From: the human T2T-CHM13v2.0 reference genome, Homo sapiens
DNA: 64,000 nt
Assembly (NCBI RefSeq): GCF_009914755.1
Contig: NC_060928.1
Strand: one strand, 5' to 3'
In this document: positions 1-13,416 of the stretch, piece after piece
Numbering within the stretch: the stretch's first letter is position 1
How the letters are laid out: each line of letters starts with the position of its first letter
Notes under the pieces: model-generated
What the model was told of the DNA's origin: nothing
Database searches by the model: none
Seen by the model: the letters and a program-made list of their open reading frames with translations, nothing else
Program-made: the position numbers and the translations under genes

Positions 1-200
1 TATATGGATGTCTTTAGACCCAGAATTTTACTTCTGAGAATGTGACTTAAGGAAAAAATTAGGTAAATGTACAAAGATGGATTGCAAGGATGTTCATCAT
101 GATGTTGGACAAATAGCCCCATGTTGTCTTTTGAAAAGGAGTAAATTATGTCAAATTACATAGTGAAATATTAAAAGAATATTGAAATAATGATACCCAG
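1..200 (+). mobile_element. Old L1 (L1ME-like) ORF2-end/3' fragment
   Basis: gacccagaattttacttctgagaa...acaaagatg...caaggatgttcatc resembles the decayed L1 3' region; highly diverged. Confidence 0.55.
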
Positions 201-1149
201 TCAGTCCTATAACACACATTTATAACATTTACTAAATCATAGGTATATTCTAAGAACTGGTGTTTTTCTGGTTGGAAGAAAAGTATTAAAGTAGCTGACC
301 TAATTTTCTCTCCTGATTACTGGAGCAAAGCCCCAGAAGAAAGTCAGTGGCCCAGTCTAATCTTGTAAATATGTTGATAAGCAGACTCCCTAATAAATAG
401 ACTAAAAAGATTTGCTATGAAAAGGAAACTTACATGGAATTATTTTAGCAGGTTATCCCCAGGTAAGATAGCTCGTGATAAACAAACCAAGAACCTCTAA
501 ATGTATCAAGCATAGGTTCCTGGAAAATGTCAGTTTAGCTACACAAACAATGCTTTGGTGTATAACTTGATGTTCTAAACGGAATGGTTCCTGTAAGAGG
601 TAACCCACGAACTTCACTTAGAGAACTGATTTATTACTCTGAGTCTGAGAAAGTGTTTATCACGTGAAAATTAAGGACCCAGGAAGCCACCATCAAAGTC
701 CCACATCTTCTTTTCATTTGCTCATGACAGTAAATTTTTTCTGCCATTGATGCAACGTGTTATATTTGATTTATTTAAATCTGATTTTGAAATATGTTCC
801 TTTGTGTTAGGTCAATGGTGAACGAAACAAGTTTTATAAATGAAAGTGTGTTTCTCTTTCAGTGAAAGAGATAGAAAAATTCGTAGACAAATTAAGAAAT
901 AATACAACTTCAAACAAACACTTTTAAGTGCTAATAAAATTAAAAGAGAGCAGTATAGTAGAAGATAACAATGTGAAATAGAGGACTACTTCAGCGAGTT
1001 TGGTCAGGAAAGGCTTCTGAGAGGAGTTGACATTTGCGTAGGGATCTGAATATTAAGAAAGAGGTCATAGAGAAAGCATGATAAAGAGCCTTGTGAAAAT
1101 TTTGAGACAGATTTTAAACAGGAGGAAAAGCAAACTCTGAGATCTGTTC

Positions 1150-2010
1150 CAGTGGTGTCTAATCGTTTGGTTTAAAATATCCTTTACCCTACAAATTACT
1201 GACGACCTCAAAGAACTTTTGATTTGGGGGCTATTTTTACATGTTGAGCATCCCTAATCAGAAAATCCAAAATCTGAAATGTGCCAAAATTCCAAACGTT
1301 TCCAGTATGAACATGATGTCACAAACAGGAAATTCCACGCTTGACCTCATAGGATGGGTTGCAAAATGCAGTAAAAACTTTGTTTCCTGTGCAAAAGTAT
1401 TTAAAATATGATATAAAATTACCTTTAGGCTCTGTGTATAAGGTGTATATGAAACATAAATTTAGTACTTAGACTTGGGTCTCATCCCAAAATTACCTGA
1501 TTATGTATATGAAAATATTTTAATATAAAAATTCAAAACACTTCTGATTCCAAGCATGTTGGATAAGGGATAATGAATCTGTATTAATATTTGCCATATT
1601 AGAAATTAAAATGGATAATTTAAAAATATAGTAGTTTAACAATGCATTTAAATACAACAATAAACCCCTTACATGTTTACATAAATGACATTTTAATTTA
1701 ATGATGACATTATCCAAGATAATAATAACAACAAAAGGATGGAGAAGAATGCTCTTGTGGTTTATTGGTACAATATACTTTAACAATAGATGTCTTAGTT
1801 CTTATATTTGCTTCTGCCTTCAATCTGTTTGGTATCATAGTTTATGTAGACTCTGGAAAATGCCACTTTATATTTGTGAAAGAATGTCACTACCAAGCAT
1901 ATAAAGTCCTATTATTATTATAAAAAAATAAGTTGACTTTGTGGACCCCTTGAACATGTCTTGGTGACCTCCAGGGTTTGGCAGACCATAATTTAAAATC
2001 AGCAATGCTG
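1150..2010 (+). mobile_element. hAT-Charlie non-autonomous transposon (Charlie4a/MER119-like), interrupted by Tigger4b
   Basis: Starts cagtggt...; gacctcaaagaacttttg, aaacccCttacatgtt, gtagactctggaaaa and ggacccCttgaa...gaccata match this family. Confidence 0.75.
1240..1581 (+). mobile_element. Tigger4b (TcMar-Tigger MITE)
   Basis: catgttgagcatccctaatcagaaaatccaaaatctgaaatg...ggataagggataatgaatctg; terminal inverted repeats, flanked by TA at 1238-39 and 1582-83. Confidence 0.88.
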
Positions 2011-2362
2011 AAAATTAGCTTAATTTATTTAAGGAATGGACACAAGATGATTTAGTAACATGATTTAGGTAACATGAGAGAGTGAGAGGTGAGGTATAAG
2101 AGCACATGAGGTCGGAGATGTAAGTAGGAGCAGATCAGTTATAACCATGTAGATAATGATAAGGAATTCAGATTTTTGTTTCAAATGAAAGCTGTTGGGT
2201 GATTTTGAGAAGAGAAGTGATATAATTTGATTCATACCTACGAAGTCAACTATGATTTGTTTTGGGAGAATTTAGGCTGGAGGAGGGTAAAGATTAGAAA
2301 AGGGATATTAGCTAAGAGACTTCTCAATTGTAGGCAAAAGGTGATCATTGCTAAAGAAAACA

Positions 2363-2648
2363 GGTAACTAACACTTGTTAGTCTGGTCACACTGACATTT
2401 CATGAAAGCAGCATGACATTCTTGCGGGGGACATGTCTCTTCTGCTTAAATTGTATTTATCCGGGTGATGATGCCAGTCATAGCAGGGCTGTGAAGTTGC
2501 CGAGTATGGTAACCTTTTCATGCATTGAGTCCAGTAAGAAATGGATATATGCAGAGGACATCCCAGAGAAGACTTGGACAAAAAGTCCTGGAAAGCAGTC
2601 ACTCACCAAATTGCAGTTATGCAGTCACAAACCGAATTGCAGTTATCC
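2363..2648 (-). mobile_element. Unassigned putative DNA transposon remnant (GG...CC ends; Merlin/MuDR-like architecture)
   Basis: Ends ggtaact / agttatcc, 26-bp subterminal tandem repeat, TSD-like flanks taaagaaaaca / taagaaaca, GC and CpG higher than flanks. Confidence 0.4.
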
Positions 2649-3258
2649 TAAGAAACAGCTGTCCATGCTGATTTTCTAGGGATTTGATGGAATTAATAAA
2701 TTATTCTTTACATTCACATCACCCAGATGAGTGGTTATCATATTCAGACAGAAGAATTTTGATTAATACATGTTTACAATAAGAATACAATCCAATAAGA
2801 AATAATACGATCATTTATTTTTGTTAATATGAAAAGAGGTACACAATATTATGTCAAGTTAATCTGGATAGAGCGTTGAATATATTATGATTTGGGGTTT
2901 ATTATTTAAAAAATAAAACACACTAAGTCTTTCAGCATTTTCACAATGATATCAATAGGGTGGGTCAATTACAAATAAAAAATAATTAATTAAAGAAAGT
3001 GGTTACCTTCACATGGTAAGATTACATTTTTTTTTCTTATAATTTTCTGGAATTTTACAACAAATAATAAACTAATTATTTTATAATAAAAACTGTAAAA
3101 CATTTTAAACATTTCTTATATTAATTATAACATATTTTGGTCTTAAAATTTAAAAAATACAATAACATATCTTTTTGCACTAAAGTTCAGGTTTTATACA
3201 TTCATAAAACCTAATTTAAAAGAAATGTCCAAGCAAACTTTCCCATTTTTAGAAACAG

Positions 3259-3578
<320 letters not shown>

Positions 3579-5096
3579 CGATATATCTTTTCACAAGACA
3601 AACATCATCTGTGAAGAAAAAATATAAAATAAATATATTTTTACAGTCTTTTTTAATTTAAAAATTATCTACAAATAGTTTAAATTTATTTAGCAACCAT
3701 AATAAAAATGTATTAAGTACTTTTTTGAAATATGAATCCCTAATCTATGAAGTACTATGCTAAAAAGCTAAAAAACTCACATTAAATTATGAATAAACTG
3801 AAATATACTTGATTATTTATAATGATGGGATTCACAATCAGCACACAGTTCAGTAAACTTTTTGAGTCATTGTGCACACATTCTAATCTGAGCTGGGTGT
3901 GTTAATGGTTTCAGCCACATTATGAATGCTCCATTACAGAATATAACAAAGACTTGACTACAGATAAGTAAGCTTTATTGAACAGAAATGACTTGTCACA
4001 TATAGTGTCCTCGAAGTTCTATTATATGTATAACTTCTTGTGTTCACAATGTTTCTGAACATTTTCATTTAGGTCTAAACCAAGTGAAACATATACTTTT
4101 CCACTTTATGGTCACAATATTACATTTTATTCAAATACTTGTAATTTCTACTCAAGTTGTATTTGGAAATGTACATTTTAACTTTAATAAGATGCACTAC
4201 TGACAATGTGATATGTCATATAACCAAAAGCCAATTAACTCTTAGATATCTATCATTGTGTTTCATGATATAGTTAGCATTACATATCTGGCAAATTTCC
4301 AAATACAAGAGACCCTGTTACATATATTCCAAACGTAGAGACACATTTTCTGAATTTTTCTAAGACAAATTAAAAACCTGCAAATGAAAATACATCATTC
4401 ACAAGCTCTCAGTAGAAATCCAGTAGGTGGAGATGTGTCAGTTTCTTGTCTGTAGTCACCAATTTGAATAATTTGTCTTGCTTAGCTGTTTTTCAATGGG
4501 CATATGCATTTTGGTTGTATTTTCCAATCAGAGAATACCACCTGGCTTTGAATCTAGACTTTCTAGCTGTGACTCATATCTCACTGTGACCATTGTGATT
4601 TTATTTAACTTTGGTAAAGAAATATTTCATCCTGAAAAAATCTAGGTGTTTTAACAAAGAACCATCTGTCAAAGCACACTGCCAGAAGCCTGTTAAATAT
4701 TCTCTACTGTATTTGGATTTCAAGCTTCTTTTTAAAGAAACAATGCTGCATTATGTAGTAAAGTTTGTTTTCAAATAATATTTCGTTTTGATTTAGCAAT
4801 TTTAAAATTGTTTGATTTAGCAATTTTTCCTATGCAAATTTGTATAATCCACCAAAACTGTAAAGCATAATAACCAACGCATTTTAATTATGTCTTCCTC
4901 ATCAATATAAAGGCTCCAGAGAGAAGGCAGAGAGACATATAATGGCAAACATCTTATATGTTAGGTTCTATTGAGGAATTATTTATGCATTGTCAAAATA
5001 GTATCAACAAGAAAAGTCGACTAGTGGGATTATTATAATACATGCCTGCTCATTGACCCAGTAAATCCACCTCTAAAACCTGGTTGTATTTTCTAC

Positions 5097-5597
5097 TGAT
5101 AGCAACAGGAGGCAGCCAAATGCCTAGGAAGATAGGAGCAGGTCCCCAGTGAAACCCCACCTCCAAGCTGAAGACAGTTTGAAGCCCAAAAGCCAAGCTA
5201 CCAGTTAAAAACTCAGATCAATTGAGAACTTGTCTTCCTTTTTGGCGTGCTTTCTTCTGATTGATTCCCACCCCCTTTCCTAATTGGTTTTCTACATGGT
5301 TATCCCCACCTTTGAGTGGTGTCTTCTCTTTAACATTTTTTGCATAACCACAAACCAACCACCATGCACTCCCTATTGTGAGCCATTAAAAGCCCCAGGC
5401 TCAGCCATATTGGTAGGGACTTTCCTGCTTTTGGGTAGGAGAACCATCCCCTGCATCCCCTGTTTGCTGACAGCTTTCCTTTTGCTTAATAAATTATACT
5501 CCACTCACTCTCCAGTGTCCACATGCCTAATTCTTCCTGGTTGTGAGACGAGAACTCAGACCTAGCTGAGCTAAGGAGCAGAAAAAATCCTGCATCA
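5097..5597 (+). mobile_element. ERV1 solo LTR (LTR29/MER50-group-like)
   Basis: TG...CA ends, 4-bp TSD ctac/ttac, TATA-like cattaaaa and AATAAA near 5488; opening tgatagcaacaggaggcagccaaatgcctagg. Confidence 0.82.
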
Positions 5598-5688
5598 TTA
5601 CCACAATATGCCTTACAACATTGTATGTGGTAAAACTGTTGATATAACACAATTTCATTTCAGTTAAAAGTGATATATAAAACCCAAC

Positions 5689-6620
5689 TGTATATACATA
5701 TATATATACACATATGCGTATATATAAAATATATATATACACATATGCGCATATACAAAATATATATACGCATATGCGCATATATAAAATATATATATGC
5801 ATATGTATATATATAAAATATATATATGCATATATAAAATACATATATAAAATATATACATATGTATATATATAAAATATATACATATGTATATATATAA
5901 AATATATACATATGTATATATATAATATATATACATATGTGTATATATATAAAATACATATGTATATATATATAAAATATATATACATATGTATATATAT
6001 ATAAAATATATATATACATATATATATAAAATATATATACATATGTACATATAAAATATATATACATATGTATATATATAAAATATATATACATATGTGT
6101 ATATATAAAAAATATATATACATATGTGTATATATATAAAATATATATACATATGTGTATATATATAAAATATATATACATATGTGTATATATATAAAAT
6201 ATATATACATATGTGTATATATATAAAATATATATACATATGTGTATATATATAAAATATATATACATATGTGTATATATATAAAATATATATACATATG
6301 TGTATATATATAAAATATATATACATATGTGTATATATATAAAATATATATACATATGTGTATATATATAAAATATATATACATATGTGTATATATATAA
6401 AATATATATACATATGTGTATATATATAAAATATATATACATATGTGTATATATATAAAATATATATACATATGTGTATATATATAAAATATATATACAT
6501 ATGTGTATATATATAAAATATATATACATATGTGTATATATATAAAATATATATACATATGTGTATATATATAAAATATATATACATATGTGTATATATA
6601 TAAAATATATATACATATAT
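5689..6620. repeat. AT-rich minisatellite (VNTR), 29-bp unit aaaatatatatacatatgtgtatatatat
   Basis: About 18 near-identical units at ~6080-6620 and degenerate units at 5689-6080; the 29-aa periodicity in the ORF track equals 3 x 29 nt. Confidence 0.97.
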
Positions 6621-7078
6621 AAAAGGTTGTACATACATAAAATAAAATGAAGCCTAAAAGTGTAAAGCACTATACTATCCAGTTATCAATACTGTGTGCA
6701 TAGATAATACAGTCGAGTGAGACGAACATTAATTTGAACATTAATTCAAATAACCACCCATCTACCGTAATTATACACTATATAAAATGTTTACTGAGGG
6801 GAGGTACAATTTGCTATACATATAAAAGTAAGTTGTAAATTAATATATAAAGCATTGTTGTAATTAAATATTTCTTGCTTATAAGTGATAATTATCAATA
6901 TGTATATAAAAATCTAAAGTAATAATTATTTGGGGAGGAGGTATGGAAATGTGGTTAGTTTTAAATGACTAAAACTATTTTCACATTTTCAGTATAATCC
7001 AATTGTGGGAAAATATTAAATTACATTTGTACAAATGAATTGGTAAATCTTTTGAAAATGCTTAACATTTTAACATGT

Positions 7079-7375
<297 letters not shown>

Positions 7376-7631
7376 TTATTATTATTTAAAGATCAATATT
7401 TGTAATCTCATTGCTTTCCTTATTTTTAAAGGAATTATCTGCAAATTCAATAACACAAGCAAAAACTTTTTTCGTTGATTTGTAGCTACACTGGCTCAGT
7501 GGAAATTATACTGATTTACTTGTTTTTCTCAACATGATAAACTTCGGTGAATAAAGAATGCAGGGGAGTCAGTGACCTGCATGAGAGCAAGAGTTTATTT
7601 TCAGGAAAGTAGAAATATTTTGTCTCTAGAC

Positions 7632-8045
<414 letters not shown>

Positions 8046-8049
8046 TAAC

Positions 8050-8240
8050 AAGGTGAAATTCATATAAAATGCATTAACCATTTTAAGGTGTGCACTGAGG
8101 TAGGATTTACTTCATTGAAGATGTATTGCAACCAGCACCTTTCCTCTTTCAAAACGTTTTTACCATTCCAAAAAACACTATGTCCAGCTTTTTCTCCCTT
8201 TATTCCCTGGAAAGCCCTCACCTACTTTCTCTTTCTATTA
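8050..8240 (-). mobile_element. L1MB-like 3' end fragment
   Basis: aggtgaaattcatataa...ccattttaaggtgtgcac...atgtattgcaacca. Confidence 0.65.
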
Positions 8241-8435
8241 ATAATCCTAATTATTGACTTATTAATATAATTAAATGTAGTAATATTAATATGAATTAAG
8301 GTCAGTATGTCTATATATCAATATAGATATACACACATACACACACACGGTTCCAAAATTTGGTGTTGTTTCTGCTTAAAATCTGTTATTTCGGTTGACG
8401 ATTCATTACTGTATATTTCTCAAACTTTAATAAAA

Positions 8436-8870
8436 ATTTTGTAAGAGCACTACCTCTCCATATTCTTAGCAGATTTTTAAGTGTACAATACAGTATTTTT
8501 ATCTATAGGCACAATGTTATACATTAGATCTCTAGAAATTATTCATCTTGCATATTGAAAATGTTATACATGTTGATTAGCATCTCCCCATTTCCCCAAA
8601 CCACCATTCTATTCTCACTTCCATGAATTTGACTATTTTAGATACTACATTTAAGTGGCATCATGCCGTATTTGTGCTTTTGCAACTAGCTTAATCATAA
8701 CACTTAGCATGTTTATTGCAGTGCTATCACAATAGCCAAGCTATAGAAACAACATCAAGGACGAGCTACAGAAGAATGGGTAAATATAATGTAGTATGAA
8801 CATGCGATGACATGCTATTCAATCTTAACAAAGAAATAAACCCTGCAATATGTGACAACAAAAATGAACC
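8436..8870 (-). mobile_element. L1MA (MA8/MA9-like) 3' fragment with inverted 5' segment (8709-8870 on +)
   Basis: gatttttaagtgtacaatacagtatt...agatctctagaaattattcatcttgcat on minus; atgtttattgcagtgctatcacaatagccaag...atgaacc on plus. Confidence 0.8.
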
Positions 8871-10079
8871 CAAAACTTCTTATTGAAATGAATCATTTAT
8901 GAATGAGGCTCTTCAGTATGTATTTAATTAGCAAATCATATTTTTGTGGTTTCGCAGTCAGTGTGAGAATAAAAGTGTATTTATCATAGCTACTTACTGG
9001 GTTTAAATTCCAATGAAATGGCATTATATAGAAACTGTACTTTCACATGCATTTTCCAGAGAGAATAAAAATAGATTATCTAACGCATTCAATTTCCTCT
9101 CAAGATAGCATGGAAAAATTACATAAAATAATAAACTACTGCTTGGTTAATGAGGACTGCTCAGTCAATAGATGTATACATGAGAACTACCTGTCAGAAA
9201 TAGTAAATTGGACCCAGGAAGAAATTCGTACTCAGAATTCAAAACATATTGTCCAAAAAAATTCAAGGGTTAAAGTTCAAGAGCTCAAAATAATAATTCT
9301 AACAAGGAAGAATTTTATTCTAGACTCTTCATAATTGCTCACAAAGTATGCTAGAAATTTATAGCTCTCAACAGTAGTATTTATTATTCCTTCTAATCTT
9401 GATGCAGTCATTTAGATGACATATTCATGACACCTGTGCTATTAAAGCAGCTATGCATTTATTTTATCATAGATTTCAGAATAGACCACAAAATAGAGTC
9501 CAACATTTTCTTTTTTTCACATATAAATTTAGCAAGCTTGTAATGGTTTAAATAAATGGTTAAATAGTAATTTAGAATAAACTCTTTGGGTTTTATTTAA
9601 TATATGTGATCTATCACATGACTTATAGATTTGCTGTTTTTGATGATGATGTCAGGGATGCAAGAATAACATTATAATATAGTTCAAATCTTTCAGGATA
9701 TTCCTGAAATCAATAACAAAAAGGCATAGCTTGGAACTGAGAATGCTGCTGTAGTCTTTTGATTTCTGATACTGGAGAGGGTAACATTTAAAACTGGTCA
9801 TTGGTTGATTTATTGTTGAATTAAGCAGAGCAAGTGTAGCCCAGACATACATCTATCTCTAATTTTCTCTGACAATGTAGATTTGGCAATTTCTTTGACT
9901 AAATTTAGGTTTTTCAAGAACTTTTATATTTTATTCATGTTCATGTTATCCAAGACCTCTGCACTTTTTTTACATTTGTCTCTGTTATTGTCAAGATTTT
10001 CTCCTTTGGTTTTCTGCCTATTGACTGTTATCTAGTGAAATAGTACTACAATTCTATGATTTTCTGGGTTTTTATTATT

Positions 10080-11390
10080 ACTATTAATCTCATCTGCATT
10101 TCAACTCAGGGAGTTTCTATTGCTCTAACTTCAAGGTTTCTAATTTTTTCTTTAGCTGTGCCAGTCGACTAAGGGGTCCATCAATAACATTATTTATTTC
10201 TTTTCCAGTTTTTTGTTTGTTTTGTTTCCTGTATTTCCTACTTTTTTAGGGTTTCTATCTCTTGGCTTATTTTACCTATTTGTTCTTGCACGTTGTTTAC
10301 CTTTTTTATTAGAGCCCTTAACATATTAATGGTAGTTATTTAAAATTATTTGTCTTATAATTCCAAATTGTGATAATATTTGAGTCCAGTCCTGAGGCAT
10401 GTTTTTACCCTTTATGTTATTATTATGCATTTTAGCATGCCTTGTAATTTTTTTCTGGAAAGCCAGACATGGTGTGTCAGGGAACAGAAAGTGAAGTCAA
10501 TAGGCCTTCAGTGTCAGGTTTTATGTTAATCCATCTAGGAGTGAAAAGGTGTTCAATGTTTGTTGTTGCTGCAGCTGCTAGAGGCTGAACATTTCTCTGG
10601 TGTCCTTGTTTTTGTCTCTTCTATTGTCTTTGGGGTTTCTCAAGAATTGTTACTCAGAGTCTGCCTTTTAAAGCTATTTCAGCTGGAATTCACTATTATT
10701 ATGCTGGAGCTCTTATTGGTATGGCAGTAAAGTGGAGATGGGGTGTATAATTAAATCTCAGGCTTTTAGTGGATTCCTGCCCTTGGGCTATGACATTTAC
10801 AGATATTGCTTACCTTATTTTCCTCCTTAGGTGAAGCATGAAGACAAGCGGTCTGCAGTGGGGGCATTTCTCTTCTCTCAGCTGATAGAAGGCTCTAATA
10901 AATACTTTTTTTCCCTAAAAGGTAATTCTTTCTTACGGAGAACACTCTAGATATATTTTATCATGCTTAATTTTTTCCTTGCTCATATAGAGGGATGAGG
11001 GTGTATTTCTTGGCTCTTTATCATGGGAACCTAGTGGGGTTCTTACAAGTAAAATCTGTGAAAATGTGAGGGCTCCCCTATGACAGCCACACTCAGAATT
11101 TCCTCCCTCTTATGCCAGTCTATATCTAGCCTCCAGCAATTCATCAACTTTACCATTTACGTATTTCTAAGAGTTTATGGCTCTAGTGACCTCTGCTCAA
11201 GTAAAGCAATTTTTAGCTGGGACTCTTTAAATTTACCTGTCTCTTTGCAATTCAGATGGCAATCTGTCCTGCAAACTCAGTTCTCTGATGAGTCCAAATA
11301 AAGTTGTGGATTTACAGTTTGTTCAGCTTTTTTCTTGTTATAGGGATGATAGTGAATACTTCTTACATGTTAGAGCTGGAATGAGAAGAC
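10080..11390 (-). mobile_element. Old L1 (L1MC/MD/ME-type) 5'UTR/ORF1-region fragment
   Basis: agagcccttaacatattaatggtagttatttaaaatt...aattccaaa; T-rich skew typical of antisense L1. Confidence 0.65.
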
Positions 11391-11445
11391 TGTATTTTAT
11401 GCTTCCCCATCATGTATTTTTGGAAGAAACGTTCTAATGAAGATA

Positions 11446-11522
11446 TTAGGTTTGTGCCAAAGTTGCTGCAGTTTTTACCATGCTTTAATGGCAAAACCAC
11501 AATTACTATTGTGCCAACCAAA
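11446..11522. mobile_element. MADE1 (Hsmar1-derived MITE), diverged
   Basis: ttaggtttgtgccaaagttgctgcagtttttaccat...atggcaaaaccacaattactattgtgccaaccaaa, TA on both sides. Confidence 0.85.
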
Positions 11523-12987
11523 TAATTCCTGAATGCTGAATGGTTTAAATAAAATTTTAGGTATGCAGAAAAAAGATAAGGTCCAAAAAATGCTAGCATT
11601 GCATTATTGCTAAAATCTTTTGTCAATGTCTTGCAATGGTATGCAAACAATTTATCTTTATTAACTGATTACATTTTCATAGTTGGCATATACTATAATC
11701 ACCAATAATGTACACATATGCATCACATTCTAATTAACAGTATTGCATTGTGTTATATATTCTGCAGCAACTACTTGTGCCTTAAATGATATTTTCACTC
11801 CACCACATAAATATATTTTGAGCTATTGTACTGTTAATAGTGTTGTGTGGAGGCAACATCACATGGAAATCAAAACAACGATAATGAAATATAAAGTTTC
11901 AGCAAAAGAAATATTACAAATTGCTACAAGACGAACAGCAGACAATGGGTGCTGTAATCCCAGAGAGCTATGGAGAAATGTGTGTGTGTGTGTGTATGTT
12001 TGTGTGGTGTATGTGTTTACAAAAATCTTTTAAAACTGGATAGATGGAAAGGACAGATGATAGAATTACTTTCATATTCTGATTTAGAAGAGAGGTATCC
12101 AAAGAGTTTTGTTGTAAAGAAGTACAATGGGATACTCCTGCTTGATAAATAAACTTTGTTACTTATTTCCTGGTATACTGCAATTGTCTTTTTTTCAATA
12201 AATTTAAAAAGGGTAAATATGAAGCAGTGAATGTGAGGAATATTTGGACAAACACACATTTCACTTATCATCTTCATAAATTTTTTTCCCCCAAGCATTC
12301 CATATATCTACTCATTCACATACATCCTGCTGAATTTCATTGAAAAAAAGATAATTTTTCACAGTATGATGTGGCAGCAAGAAGAGAGCAGAGATAATAG
12401 TTTAAGAATATGTCAACGTAGTCTATGATACATAAAAATTATTTAAAATATTACACATGCGCAAAAACAAATAGTGCATGGAAAACTACAAATGAGAACT
12501 AAACCTAAGGATGCACTCAATATAAATGTTCTTTTAACATTCAAAATGTCTTTACTATTAAATAAAAATTAGTATTGATATAGGGTTTATTTATACACAT
12601 ATAAACATAAAATTATATTTACATTAATTGTTCTAGAAAAGCATTTTCAGTTAACAGATTTTTGTAACTATTTTTCTGTTCAATAAATCTTTTTATTATT
12701 TAAATATATTTTTGCAGTATTTCTTGAGGATATGTATATGTGTGATAAAATTGTATCATTCCATTTGACTAATCAAAGTATTTTGCTAATATAATCACAA
12801 TGTTTATTTAATATAAATAAAGTAATATGTATAATATTACAATATATTTTCCAATTGTAATTCACTTATATTTTTATCTTTTTCCATATGATAATCCATT
12901 TATTTAACTTCTAGCTATTATCTAACTAAATCTTTTTAAAAATTTTTAATATGTTTTATAATAATGGCAATAGCTTTTGATGCATGC

Positions 12988-13416
12988 TTTTTAAAAATAA
13001 CTTCAACATTTACCTTAGATTTTGGAGGTACACATGAAGGTTTGTTACGTGGGTATATTGTATGTTGCTGAGGATTGAGGTACACATGATCCTCTACCCA
13101 GGTAGTTAGTGTAGTACCCAATAGTTAGCTTTTCAAACTTAGCCCCTCTGTTCTCCCTCGAGAAGTCCCCAGTGTCTATTACTGCCATTCTTATGTTCGT
13201 GAGTACACAATGCTTAGGTCCCACTTGAAACGAGAACATGTGGTATTTGGTTTCCTTTTCCTGTGTTAATTTGTTTAAGAGAATGGTTTCCAGCTATATC
13301 CATGTTGCTGCAAAGGACATGATTTCACTCTTTTTCATGGTTGTGTTGTATTCCACGGTGTCTATGTATATATTTTCTTTCCCTAATCCATCACTGATGG
13401 AACCTAGGTTGATTCA
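12988..13416 (-). mobile_element. L1PA15/16-like 3' end, 5'-truncated
   Basis: gggtatattgtatgttgctgagg...cccaggtagttagtgtagtacccaatagttag...catgttgctgcaaaggacatgatttc. Confidence 0.87.

Larger units (their letters stand above)
770..2350 (-). mobile_element. L2 LINE fragment in two pieces (~770-1145 and ~2015-2350), split by a nested DNA transposon
   Basis: ggtcaggaaaggcttctgagaggagttgacatttg and gaggtcggagatgtaagtaggagcagatca...gattttgagaagagaagtgatataatttga are collinear with the L2 3' region. Confidence 0.75.

Noticed and set aside
2413-2679. 88-aa plus ORF and 71-aa minus ORF as a possible coding exon
   Set aside because: No recognisable protein and no coherent splice sites; better explained as a transposon remnant
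4787-4827. Short tandem duplications (17 bp here; also 17784-17805, 28685-28751, 38959-39000)
   Set aside because: Ordinary slippage duplications with no shared motif
5689-6620. Regular ~29-bp palindromic repeats, superficially CRISPR-like
   Set aside because: No unique spacers, no cas genes, and the DNA is primate
5527-6670. Three overlapping 324-343 aa Y/I-rich ORFs on the minus strand
   Set aside because: The 29-bp unit has no stop codon in any minus frame; these are translations of the VNTR, not genes
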